The notes below the pieces were generated by a model, which was given only the letters and a program-made list of their open reading frames with translations, was not told where the DNA came from and did no database searches. Made by a program: the position numbers and the translations under genes. A stretch of DNA of 64,000 nt from Ignavibacteria bacterium (GTDB lineage: Bacteria > Bacteroidota > Ignavibacteria > OLB7): NCBI GenBank assembly GCA_020635205.1, contig JACKAE010000003.1, positions 581,054-645,053 on the forward strand, in the 5' to 3' direction. Of this stretch, positions 27,157-35,767 are shown piece by piece. The stretch's first letter is position 1. Each line of letters starts with the position of its first letter.

Positions 27157-30100
27157 TTGAACGGTCTTTTTACCGTTCTCTTGACTGTAGCACTGCTTAT
27201 GGTTACCAACACCAAAGATTTTATCAATCGGGGGACGATGCCTCTGGTGGGTCGCGAAGCTGAACTTCGCGTTCTGCTGGAAGCCTTCAACGGCCTCCTC
27301 GAAGGAGAACCTCGCGCCGTCTGGATGACTGGGCCGGCAGGTGTGGGGAAAAGTCGCCTGCTGGATGAACTGAAGGAGATCGTCCGGAACCACACCGCAC
27401 GCTCACTTGTAGTTCACGCGAAGTGGTACGAGGGTGAAGGAATTGAGTTCGGACCGCTCAGCAATGCTCTGGAAATCTTGAAGCCGGTGATTGCAGCCCC
27501 AATAGCTGCCCGAATCTTCCGCGAGGGGGCAGTGATCAACAGTGAGGCCGCCGTCGAAGCTGTGCAGGTTGCCTCCCGCCGCTATCCAGTTGTGATGATC
27601 TTCGACGACCTTCACTACCTCGACTCCTCGGTAGAACTTGACAAGTTTATTGGAGCACTTGAGGAAATACCAGTGCTCGTGGTGGTAACAACACGACCGG
27701 TTGAGAGCACAATTCTCCAATCGTTTAAGATGGCAATTGGTCGGTCGATACCGCCGCAGGAATTGGAGATAGGTTCACTCGACGGTGCTGGAATTGCCGA
27801 GGCTGCCACGGCTCTCTTCGGCTCGGCTCCGCCGGAAGAGATGCTCGGCCAGATCGCAGCCCTCTCCGCAGGCGTCCCCCTCGCCCTCCGAGAGGTCTTT
27901 CGAGAGATGATCGCCGCAGGGCATATCGCCTTAGAAGATTCTACAAAAGGCTGGGAGTGGAAATCATCTGAGCTAAGTGATGATGAACTGAAGGAGATTG
28001 GCGACCGGGTACACGGTTTCTCCGGACGACTCGCCTCACTCCCCGAAGGTGAACGAGGACTTCTATCGCTGGCAGGATACTTAGGAGAGCAATTCAACCG
28101 CGACCTTCTCAGGCGACTGGCTGAGAAGACTGTCGGGTGGGATGACCACTTGTTTGAACGGCTAATCCTGAGTGGACTCGTTGCCGTTGCAGTCCCAACG
28201 ATTCGCCTCGGCACGCGCGATGTGGAGGGACGTGTCTGCTACGCATTCACCCACACACTTCTCTGGAAGGCGGCAGCCGGATTGGATATCCCCAGTATTC
28301 CCGGACGAGAAGAGTTGGCAACGATCACACTCGAAATTCTCACGAGTGGAACAGGGGAACTTTACGCAGTTGCACCACTTGAAGGAGTAGACCTCGGACG
28401 ACTGAAGGAGAACGACCTGAGCAGACTTTTCAACTGGCTGATTGCCGTTGGACGGAAACTTGCCCCTATCTACGCCGAAACGTTTGTCCTTCTCTGCAAA
28501 GCTGCACTCGAACCATATCGATCTTCTGGAAAAGGAAAAGAGTTAGGAGGAAGTTTACTCGCCGACTACCTCGGCACGTTGACTGTTTACGGCGAACGCC
28601 TCTACGTGACCGGAGCGCGGGAGCTGCTCCACGGAATTGCACGGGAGATTGCGGAAGTTCTCGACTGCTTCATTGATCCCCCCGGAAACACAGAGGAGCG
28701 AGTGAACCGCCTTGAAGCTGCCGTCGTCGTCTGGCACGATGCGCTGATGCAAGGTGACTCCAACAGCGCGCAAGGTTACCTCAACGCAATGCTTGAAACA
28801 CTCCCCCCTCCCGCAGAGCAGACCGACCGTGAGCTACGGGGTGCAGCCGAGGCAATCCGTCTCCGCGCCCAATACTCCTTCGACCGTGGCGAGTTCGCCG
28901 AAGCCTTCGACCTCGCCTCCCCCTACATCACTGAACTTGACCGAATGCGCCCGGAGACATTGAATGCCCTGATGAAGGTGTTGCTCTACGCAATGATGTC
29001 TTCCGGCCACATGGAAGATGCCCGAGAAATGGTAGAGGCAGGATTACGGCTACGGCACGAAGCAGACTTGTTTACAGCGTATGAGTTGTTGCTCCACGCA
29101 GCGAACTACTCGTGGAGAATCAAAGACCTTGATTCACTAAAAGTTCACGCGGAAGAACTGCGCAGTCTTGTCGACCGCTATCCAGCCTATCGAGGCCTTA
29201 GCACAAATTTTTGGCATTTACCTTATGTCTACGCTTGTCAAGGAAATGTTCACGACCTCGACCGACTTGAGCGAGAATTTTTCCAGACACCTCGCCCAGC
29301 ACGATCAACTCCTATGCAGACGGAAATTGCCAAGTATCGTTTTCTGGAAACTTGGAATTACTTAGGCATTCCAGATCGGGCACTGAAAGTGGCCGATACA
29401 ATTAGGGCAGATATTATGAATGTTCATCAGCAGTATCTGGTGCACCATGAGAGACTACGAGCTTATATCGATAGGAGAACAGACCAAGAAATAGAAGATG
29501 TCCGAGAATTACTTCTTTCACTTGAAGAACAAATTGGAGCTGAGCGGGGAGCACAGAACAGTGGTGACCTGCTTTTTCGATGCTCTATGGCTATCGCTGG
29601 AGATGGCGAACTTCTCAAGAATTTTTTCTTAGCAGAGCCATCCCCTTCAGTAGACGATACGAATGGGTTCAGGGCAGGGAAAGTGTTGTTGGAAATTGCT
29701 CAAAACAGCCCCGGAGCAAAACGTGAATACAATGATGCTGCCTATAACGCTATTGAGGTTGGTATTTCGACTCTCCTACAGATGTCATCACCCGGTCTTA
29801 TTCACCACCACCTCGACCTTATGAAAGATGATTTACCTAAGACGCGGTTAATGAGGTTTCGGCAAAGCGCAGGAAATGACCCTCGAGAACAGGGTGGAAC
29901 AACCAGTGGACAACTTGAAAGCTCCACAGATGCCGATTCACAACCATCACAAATTCTCCGCACGTTCGGCGCACTTCGCGTTGAAGGAGGAGATGAATCA
30001 GGAACGAAGATTGAATCGAAAACCCGCTCACTCGTAGGTGCGTTAGTTGTTGCGAAGCTCGGCGATACCCGGTGGATTGGGGACCTAACGCGGGATCGAC

Positions 30101-30699
30101 TTGCCGACCTTCTCTGGCCTGATATGGATATTGACCGAGCAGCAAACAACCTTCACGCCACAACAAGTTATGCGCGAAGATTCTTGGGGGGCAGCGGAAC
30201 GATTCGGCAGAGAGATGGAGTTTATGAGCTGAGTGATGATGTAAGAATCGACGCATTCGATTTTCGTGGATGTATCAGAAAAGCAAACCGACTCTACGAC
30301 GAAGGAGTTTACTTTGGGGCAGCAGTCGCCTACCGGCAAGCAATAGAATCTGCCGACGGAGATTTCCTCGAAGGGATGTATGCCGAGTGGATCGACAACA
30401 TGCGAGAGAACCTTCGGGGAGAACTTGCAACTGCCTTAGAGCGTCTCATTGATATTGAGATCGACCGAGAAAACTTCCAAGCAATCCCCCCACTGGCCGA
30501 ACGATTGCTTGGTCTGGATGACTTGCACGACGGAGCATACGAAGCCCTGATCCGCTCGGCTGCCACCCGAGGAGCACGTCGAGAAGCCTTCACCTACTAT
30601 AAACGGTATGAAAACGCCCTCGACGAGTACGGAGCCGGACCAACAAGAAAAATTTCGGAACTGATAGAGAAAGTACGAGCCGGAGAGGAGATCAATTGA
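27157..30699 (+). CDS. Large STAND/AAA_16 ATPase - TPR-like helical region - C-terminal SARP (winged helix + BTAD) transcriptional regulator
   Basis: The N-terminus has LVGREAELRVL, Walker A GPAGVGKSRLL and Walker B VVMIFDDLHYLD. A helical repeat region of about 650 aa follows. The C-terminus is ILRTFGALRVEGG...LADLLWPDMDIDRAANNLHATTSYARRFLG...DGVYEL..DAFDF followed by a BTAD-like segment YRQAIESADGDFLEGMYAEWIDNMRENLRGEL...YEALIRSAATRGARREAFTYYKRYENALDEYGAGP. The probable true start is the ATG at 27199. Confidence 0.85.
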   Translation: MNGLFTVLLTVALLMVTNTKDFINRGTMPLVGREAELRVLLEAFNGLLEGEPRAVWMTGPAGVGKSRLLDELKEIVRNHTARSLVVHAKWYEGEGIEFGPLSNALEILKPVIAAPIAARIFREGAVINSEAAVEAVQVASRRYPVVMIFDDLHYLDSSVELDKFIGALEEIPVLVVVTTRPVESTILQSFKMAIGRSIPPQELEIGSLDGAGIAEAATALFGSAPPEEMLGQIAALSAGVPLALREVFREMIAAGHIALEDSTKGWEWKSSELSDDELKEIGDRVHGFSGRLASLPEGERGLLSLAGYLGEQFNRDLLRRLAEKTVGWDDHLFERLILSGLVAVAVPTIRLGTRDVEGRVCYAFTHTLLWKAAAGLDIPSIPGREELATITLEILTSGTGELYAVAPLEGVDLGRLKENDLSRLFNWLIAVGRKLAPIYAETFVLLCKAALEPYRSSGKGKELGGSLLADYLGTLTVYGERLYVTGARELLHGIAREIAEVLDCFIDPPGNTEERVNRLEAAVVVWHDALMQGDSNSAQGYLNAMLETLPPPAEQTDRELRGAAEAIRLRAQYSFDRGEFAEAFDLASPYITELDRMRPETLNALMKVLLYAMMSSGHMEDAREMVEAGLRLRHEADLFTAYELLLHAANYSWRIKDLDSLKVHAEELRSLVDRYPAYRGLSTNFWHLPYVYACQGNVHDLDRLEREFFQTPRPARSTPMQTEIAKYRFLETWNYLGIPDRALKVADTIRADIMNVHQQYLVHHERLRAYIDRRTDQEIEDVRELLLSLEEQIGAERGAQNSGDLLFRCSMAIAGDGELLKNFFLAEPSPSVDDTNGFRAGKVLLEIAQNSPGAKREYNDAAYNAIEVGISTLLQMSSPGLIHHHLDLMKDDLPKTRLMRFRQSAGNDPREQGGTTSGQLESSTDADSQPSQILRTFGALRVEGGDESGTKIESKTRSLVGALVVAKLGDTRWIGDLTRDRLADLLWPDMDIDRAANNLHATTSYARRFLGGSGTIRQRDGVYELSDDVRIDAFDFRGCIRKANRLYDEGVYFGAAVAYRQAIESADGDFLEGMYAEWIDNMRENLRGELATALERLIDIEIDRENFQAIPPLAERLLGLDDLHDGAYEALIRSAATRGARREAFTYYKRYENALDEYGAGPTRKISELIEKVRAGEEIN

Positions 30700-30952
30700 G
30701 AATTCAAAAGGCAAAATTCAAAATTGGGCGAATGCCATAGTTGAGCCAGAGAGTATGGGGCAACCGAGAGTACAAAAACTTGACCTGCGAGACTCTTCAC
30801 TCCGCTTCGCTCCGTTCTGAGTGACAGAGCTAATTGTAAGCACCAAACCTGTCATGCTGAGGTCTCCCGAAGCATCTCGCAGGAATAGTGGAGAACCAAA
30901 AGTATTATCGAGGAAAACAGTGAATAAATCCTCTTTTTGAATTTTGAATTCC
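30699..30952. repeat. MITE-like nested palindrome (AT-rich terminal inverted repeats enclosing an S/H unit pair)
   Basis: gagaattcaaaaggcaaaattcaaaatt (30699-30727) and its partial inverse ctttttgaattttgaattcc (30933-30952) flank the S unit at 30784-30827 and the H unit at 30849-30883. The outer ends of those units, cctgcgaga and tctcgcagg, are perfectly complementary. Confidence 0.8.
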
Positions 30953-31032
30953 TTTAGGCGCTTTTTAAGGCGAGTGAATAGCTTAATGTAGAGTTGAAAA
31001 AGAGCCAAATCACAACGTATTGGAGATAGAAG

Positions 31033-31629
31033 ATGAAAGTTGTACGAGAATACCAATTTTTTAGGGGGAAGAGAGGATTAGGAGCCTCAATTGGGGTAGT
31101 CCTCATCTCACTCATCTTCTCCACTCCCTCCTTTGCTCAAGGATCGGGAAAAGATGAAATTAATCCGCAGACAACCTCGAACGGTGGAGAAATTCAGCAG
31201 GGGGAGTTTGGGTCAATGTTTTCGACGATTGGAGAAGCAGTTGCAAGCGATAGCGTTTTTCTGGATGTTGACGGTGGAGAAGCTTCTTGGACAGGCTTCT
31301 GGCAAATCATGCCTTCGGACACAACGTTGGGCGTTCGCGAGGAGTGGACTACTGGTGGTGCTGGCCAGAGTGGTGTGACGAGTGCCGCACCGAACCCCTT
31401 CCACGAGGAGATCACGGTCTATATCCGCTTAGCAGCTCCCGGCAACGTGAAACTGACAGCCTACGATATGATTGGGCGTGAGGCACAGGTGTTGATCGAC
31501 GGTCACCGTGAGGCGGGTACGTCACGTCTCTACTGGCAGCCGGAAGGAATCGAGACCGGAACGTATCTGCTGCGATTGGAGATCGACGGAACGGAGTATC
31601 CGACAACGACAATACAGTACGTGCAGTAG
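31033..31629 (+). CDS. Small secreted protein with T9SS C-terminal sorting domain
   Basis: The ORF is 198 aa with a signal peptide ...VVLISLIFSTPSFAQG. The C-terminus is APNPFHEEITVYIRLAAPGNVKLTAYDMIGREAQVL...GTYLLRLEIDGTEYPTTTIQYVQ. Confidence 0.75.
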   Translation: MKVVREYQFFRGKRGLGASIGVVLISLIFSTPSFAQGSGKDEINPQTTSNGGEIQQGEFGSMFSTIGEAVASDSVFLDVDGGEASWTGFWQIMPSDTTLGVREEWTTGGAGQSGVTSAAPNPFHEEITVYIRLAAPGNVKLTAYDMIGREAQVLIDGHREAGTSRLYWQPEGIETGTYLLRLEIDGTEYPTTTIQYVQ

Positions 31630-31680
31630 AACCAACTCCAACTTCTTAGAACATTAGAACTATTACTATATCACAGAGGA

Positions 31681-32784
31681 ATGAACATGAAACGGATACT
31701 TTTTTGCCTGATATTTTTAGCGAGTGCGAGTTTTGCCTCTGCCCAGATTGTCTCACCCACAATTAACTATCAAGGGCGTGCCCAAGATGCAGATGGCAAT
31801 GCGTTGACTGGAAACCACCAGATCACCTTGAGGATCTATAACGCAGTAACGGGAGGGACAGCACTTTTCAGCGAAACACATGGGACAATCTCTTTTAGCG
31901 ATGCTGGAATCTTTACCGTAGTAATTGGTGGCGCAACGCCGGGTGGCATCCCGCCAACTGTCGGCTTCGACCAACCTCGTTGGATCGGCGTCACAATTAG
32001 TGGATTCAACAGTGGAAACGAATTACCTCGACTCCGCTTCCTCGGCTCTCCATATAGCTTCGTCTCGAATCGGGCATTCTTTGCCGATAGCTCGCGTGCA
32101 ACTAACAGGGCAGACCGGGCAGCAAACGCAGGCTTTGCCGACTCGGCTGTTGCTGCGGATCGAGCAGTGAAAGCAGTTGAGGCACAGTCAGCCGATAAGG
32201 CCACAATTGCCGATGCGCTAAGCGTCCCCGCACTGCTTGAGAATGTGGATAAGGGAACAGCGTTGCTCGTCAGAAACGAGGATACAAGTCCGGCACTTCT
32301 CGTTGAAGGTGGGTTGGAAGTTCAAGGAGATCGTTACGCAATTATTAGTCAGGGGATCGACAGCACAGCTCAGCACTATACTGCGGGTGAAGTTGCAGGC
32401 AATACGGGGATTCCCGACGCAGGATCGCTATATAGAGACAACACCCCGATAGCGTGGGGACAGGTTGAACTGGATGGATCGCTTCTGACTGACTTTGGCA
32501 TCGCTCGGGTGAACCACACACCGAATAATCCCGGAGTTTACGTGGTCGTACTCGACAATCCAGTACTCGCAACTGCACAGAACACACCGCAGTTCTCTGT
32601 AGCAATCACACCACACATGCAGGCTGGCTCGGTTTCCGCACCGTTGGTTTTCGCCAATTGGGATTATGCTCCCGACGGGACGGGAGGATTCCGAACCGAT
32701 GCGTTTATCGTCTACATGCGTGGTTTTGAAGCTGGACAAGACAACCGATTTTCGGTTGTCGTCTTCGGACGACCGGCGAAATAA
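31681..32784 (+). CDS. Secreted tail-fibre/adhesin-like protein, short paralogue of the 8280-10877 product
   Basis: The ORF is 367 aa with signal peptide MNMKRILFCLIFLASASFASAQ. Its N-terminal module INYQG...FDQPRWIGVTISG...GSPYSFVS and its C-terminal module YRDNTPIAWGQVELDGSLLTDFGI...FSVVVFGRP align by eye with the ends of the 865-aa protein. Confidence 0.8.
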   Translation: MNMKRILFCLIFLASASFASAQIVSPTINYQGRAQDADGNALTGNHQITLRIYNAVTGGTALFSETHGTISFSDAGIFTVVIGGATPGGIPPTVGFDQPRWIGVTISGFNSGNELPRLRFLGSPYSFVSNRAFFADSSRATNRADRAANAGFADSAVAADRAVKAVEAQSADKATIADALSVPALLENVDKGTALLVRNEDTSPALLVEGGLEVQGDRYAIISQGIDSTAQHYTAGEVAGNTGIPDAGSLYRDNTPIAWGQVELDGSLLTDFGIARVNHTPNNPGVYVVVLDNPVLATAQNTPQFSVAITPHMQAGSVSAPLVFANWDYAPDGTGGFRTDAFIVYMRGFEAGQDNRFSVVVFGRPAK

Positions 32785-32821
32785 TCTTCACTGCAACATC
32801 CCCTAAAACCTAACCGTAGAG

Positions 32822-32868
32822 GACGACCGTTCCGTATATTCACTTCGGAGCGGTCGTTATCGTTTTTT
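32822..32868 (+). terminator. Rho-independent terminator
   Basis: A 12-bp stem acgaccgttccg / cggagcggtcgt (32823-34 and 32846-57, one G-U pair) has an 11-nt loop and is followed by tatcgtttttt. Confidence 0.75.
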
Positions 32869-32896
32869 GAACTTTTACTTTTGAATTTTGAATTGA
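32863..32896 (-). repeat. AT-rich dispersed repeat, copy 4
   Basis: ttttttgaacttttacttttgaattttgaattga ends 4 nt before the M48 peptidase ATG at 32901. Confidence 0.85.
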
Positions 32897-32900
32897 AACC

Positions 32901-33914
32901 ATGGCTATTAAGAGAACGCACTTTCCTGACATCAGCCCGAAATCGTGGCAACACCCGGCAGACCGAGCAGCCCTCGCCGCACTGAAGAAAGTCCCGGGAC
33001 TCGACATGCTTCTCCAAAAAGTTGTCGGTGGAACTACAGAACGTTCGCTTCGACTTATCCACCTTGCCTCAGCGGTTCGCGTTGGCGACACACAGTTCCC
33101 CAAGGTTCACAAGCTGCACAAGGAGGCTTGTGCTATCTTTAATGTAGAGAAGATGCCGGAACTCTACATCGCACAAACACCTCTGTTAAATGCCAGCGCA
33201 ATTGGCGTAAATAATCCTTTCATTGTTCTGAACTCTTCGATGATCGACGCGCTCGACGAAGAAGAACTTCTCTGCGTTATTGGGCACGAGCTTGGTCACT
33301 GCGTAAGTGGTCACGTCCTCTACAAGACACTTCTCGCAATGCTCATCCAGTTCTCTGTCTACTTTATGAGTATCCCTCTGGGAAGCATTTCAATTGCCGC
33401 AATCATTGCTGCACTACGTGAGTGGGATAGGAAGAGCGAGTTGTCGGCAGACCGAGCCGGACTCTTAACGGTGCAAAACCCTGATGTTTCATACAACCTG
33501 CTGATGAAGATGGCGGGGGGGCCTCGCATCGAGCAGATGGACACAAACGAATTTTTCCTGCAAGCGGCTGAGTATCAGAAGGGAGGAAACTTAATCGACA
33601 GCATCTACAAGCTGATGAACTTGTTGAGTCGCTCCCACCCATTCGCCGTTCTTCGTCTGACAGAACTAAAGACGTGGGTAGATAACGGCAGCTACGGAAA
33701 AATCCTCGGTGGTGACTATATGCGGATGGATGAAGCAGAGAAGAGAACTGTGCAAGATGAGTTCACTGATGCAAAAGAACAGTACAAGCAAGACATCAAT
33801 TCGTCTGAAGATCCACTCGCCGAAATTGCACGCACCATGATGGGGGCAGCCGGAGCAGCAACCGATAAAGCGAAAGAGGTGTTCGATTCAATTTTCGGAA
33901 ATGGAGGAAAGTAG
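32901..33914 (+). CDS. M48 family zinc metallopeptidase
   Basis: The ORF is 337 aa and has HExxH in VIGHELGHCVSGH, followed by hydrophobic segments and a downstream E/D (ELSADRAG). Confidence 0.88.
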   Translation: MAIKRTHFPDISPKSWQHPADRAALAALKKVPGLDMLLQKVVGGTTERSLRLIHLASAVRVGDTQFPKVHKLHKEACAIFNVEKMPELYIAQTPLLNASAIGVNNPFIVLNSSMIDALDEEELLCVIGHELGHCVSGHVLYKTLLAMLIQFSVYFMSIPLGSISIAAIIAALREWDRKSELSADRAGLLTVQNPDVSYNLLMKMAGGPRIEQMDTNEFFLQAAEYQKGGNLIDSIYKLMNLLSRSHPFAVLRLTELKTWVDNGSYGKILGGDYMRMDEAEKRTVQDEFTDAKEQYKQDINSSEDPLAEIARTMMGAAGAATDKAKEVFDSIFGNGGK

Positions 33915-33930
33915 CTTGCAAGAACAAACT

Positions 33931-33975
33931 CAAAAAGGGAAAGAGCGACTCCTCCTCTCCCTTTTTGAATTTTTA
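33931..33975 (+). terminator. Hairpin plus T-run between the convergent M48 and yraN genes
   Basis: caaaaaggga (33931-40) pairs with tccctttttg (33958-67) and is followed by aatttttactttt. Confidence 0.55.
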
Positions 33976-33994
33976 CTTTTGAATTTTGAATTCC
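33961..33994 (-). repeat. AT-rich dispersed repeat, copy 5
   Basis: ctttttgaatttttacttttgaattttgaattcc lies 13 nt beyond the yraN stop and is in sense orientation relative to yraN. Confidence 0.9.
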
Positions 33995-34007
33995 CTCATG
34001 AATTTCC

Positions 34008-34388
34008 TCAAAACGCATCAGCGTGATGGCGTATCTCTGGCTTCCCCTCAGAACCAGTGGCGTAGTCGACAGCGACAACATCAAATCGGGCTTCGTACTC
34101 TTTCAAATCCATGATGTGTACGAAGCCCTTTGCTATCTGCCGAATCTGCTTTCGCTTTGCTTGGTTGACAGCCTCTTCTGGAAGACCGAACGTGTGGCTT
34201 CGGCGAGCCTTTACTTCAACGAAGACATAAACTTCTCGGTCACGCATAACCAGATCAATCTCTCCAGCCTTCCCAAAGTGAAAGTTTTTCTTGACAAGTT
34301 GGTAGCCTTTCTCGAGAAGATAGGTAAGGGCAAGTTCTTCATGCTCTGTTCCCCAAGCACGAGTGTTCAGTTGTTTAGGTGATTTCAT
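34008..34388 (-). CDS. yraN: YraN-family (UPF0102) endonuclease-like protein
   Basis: The sequence MKSPKQLNTRAWGTEHEELALTYLLEKGYQLVKKNFHFGKAGEIDLVMRDREVYVFVEVKARRS matches the YraN pattern. The start is the ATG at 34386-34388. The track's upstream extension runs into repeat and IS flank. Confidence 0.85.
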   Translation of the reverse strand: MKSPKQLNTRAWGTEHEELALTYLLEKGYQLVKKNFHFGKAGEIDLVMRDREVYVFVEVKARRSHTFGLPEEAVNQAKRKQIRQIAKGFVHIMDLKEYEARFDVVAVDYATGSEGKPEIRHHADAF

Positions 34389-34490
34389 CTTGGTGATCTT
34401 AGTGTTCTTGGTGGTGAATATCTTGATAAAAATATACCACCAAGGTACTGTGTTTCGGCACAAGGAAGAAGTTGTAAAAATCATCACGAG

Positions 34491-35495
34491 TTAAATGCGT
34501 GCAGGATTGTAGTCTTCCCCACTCAGCCAAATTGCATAGAAGACACGCAAGAGTTTTCGTGCGACAGCAACAATAGCTGCTTTCTTCTGTCCTCCATTGC
34601 CTTGACACAGACGTTCATAGAATCGTCGCATCTGTTCGTCAGATCGGATCGAGGCTAAGGCTGGCATGTACAAACATGTCCGTAAGCGGCAATTTCCCCG
34701 CTTGCTGATATAGCTAGGACCTCGCTTGGTGCCCGACTCTTGATGGACAATATCCAACCCTGCATAGCTGATCACCTGCTTGACTGAGCGCACCAAGGCA
34801 AAGCCGTTTGTCTCGGCCAAGATCGTCGCGATGGTCATCAGCCCAACCCCCTTGATTGTCTGAAGCTGCTTGATGCGACCACGAAAATCATCATCATTGT
34901 GAAGTACCTCCGTGATCTGCTGCTCGACCTCGCGAATCTGTGAGGCAAAGAAACGCAACTGCTGCTGAAGACGCCCGCGATGCGAGACCGAGGGCTTGTA
35001 GCTGGCCGAGAGCGCATGCAGCCGATTGCGTACCTGGCTCTGTTGTGTAATCAGGCTCTGGCGTTCACGAACCAACGCTTTCAACTCTTGCATCAACTCT
35101 GTGGCTGGCTCCCACGTATCGAGACGGCGTTCGAGTGCCAAACGACACAGAAGACGAGCATCAACCCGATCAGTCTTTGTCTTGACCGAGGTACTCCGAC
35201 TGAACTGCTTGACTGCCGTTGGGAGCATCACACAAAAGCGTGCTCCAGCATTGGAGAGTCCATAGGCTACCTCCTCATAGTAGACACCGGTTGCCTCCAT
35301 CAGATACCATAGATCGACTCCCTCTTGGCGATGCGTGTGTGCCCACTGCTGAAGAGATGCGATCCCTTCAGCGGTGTTGGCAAACGTGCCCTCAGCGATG
35401 ATGCTGATACGTTGTTCTGCGTCAATGCGTCCAAAGCAGACTGCTAAGGAGTCCTTTGAGATGTCAATACCGACTGCTTCTTTGAGAACGTGCAT
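34491..35495 (-). CDS. IS110-family transposase (DEDD RuvC-like N-domain plus Transposase_20 C-domain)
   Basis: The ORF is 334 aa. The N-terminus is AVGIDISKDSLAVCF...MEATGVYYE. The C-terminus is LQTIKGVGLMTIATILAETNGF...QVISYAGLDIVHQESGT...ISKRGNCRLRTCLYMPALASIR. Confidence 0.92.
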   Translation of the reverse strand: MHVLKEAVGIDISKDSLAVCFGRIDAEQRISIIAEGTFANTAEGIASLQQWAHTHRQEGVDLWYLMEATGVYYEEVAYGLSNAGARFCVMLPTAVKQFSRSTSVKTKTDRVDARLLCRLALERRLDTWEPATELMQELKALVRERQSLITQQSQVRNRLHALSASYKPSVSHRGRLQQQLRFFASQIREVEQQITEVLHNDDDFRGRIKQLQTIKGVGLMTIATILAETNGFALVRSVKQVISYAGLDIVHQESGTKRGPSYISKRGNCRLRTCLYMPALASIRSDEQMRRFYERLCQGNGGQKKAAIVAVARKLLRVFYAIWLSGEDYNPARI

Positions 35496-35747
35496 CTGTT
35501 GTTGCTTTGGTCTAATGCCACACCGCGAGATCTCTGCTGGACTTCTCTGGTTATCATAGGAGCTCGCTCATTGACGGCTCTGAGTACTGTCTCAGCTTTT
35601 GCTGAGATCCTCAACAACCGAGGGACAATTCTTGGTGAGGCATCCTCTGTTGGTGCATGACACTAATGATCTCCTCGGCTGCTGCGGAGTAGCTTTCTTG
35701 TCTGTTGATTATTTGTTAAACTTTGCCCCTCATAACATACCAGGACA
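35496..35747 (-). ncRNA. Candidate IS110 bridge/seek RNA region (5' non-coding end of the IS)
   Basis: This is an assignment by position only. The roughly 250-nt non-coding stretch upstream of the transposase contains hairpins such as ctcagc tttt gctgag. IS110-group elements are reported to encode their guide RNA in this end. Confidence 0.3.
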
Positions 35748-35767
35748 CAAAGAACACAAAGGAAGAA

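Larger units (their letters stand above)
34412..35747 (-). mobile_element. IS110-family insertion sequence (boundaries approximate)
   Basis: A single DEDD-type transposase gene has about 250 nt of non-coding sequence 5' and about 80 nt 3'. The element fills the interval between yraN and the amidohydrolase gene. It is bracketed by the inverted 14-mers cttagtgttcttgg (34398-34411) and caaagaacacaaag (35748-35761). Confidence 0.75.

Noticed and set aside
26776-27393. A 205-aa minus-strand ORF spans the fabI-STAND intergenic region. Similar long antisense ORFs lie at 11493-12179, 27615-28214, 49637-50293, 6661-7206, 53433-53912 and 60600-61067.
   Set aside because: All lie antisense to, or overlap, much better supported genes. 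They have Arg/Ser/Cys-rich shadow-frame composition and no recognisable motifs. I treated them as non-coding.
34389-34487. The ORF track gives N-terminal extensions for yraN (to 34487), the 970-aa amidohydrolase (to 40055), ddl (TTG at 40595), the rhodanese (to 19842) and the 23434 ORF (to 24300).
   Set aside because: The extensions run through repeat or IS-flank sequence, or precede an internal ATG that yields a canonical N-terminus or signal peptide. The shorter starts were preferred.
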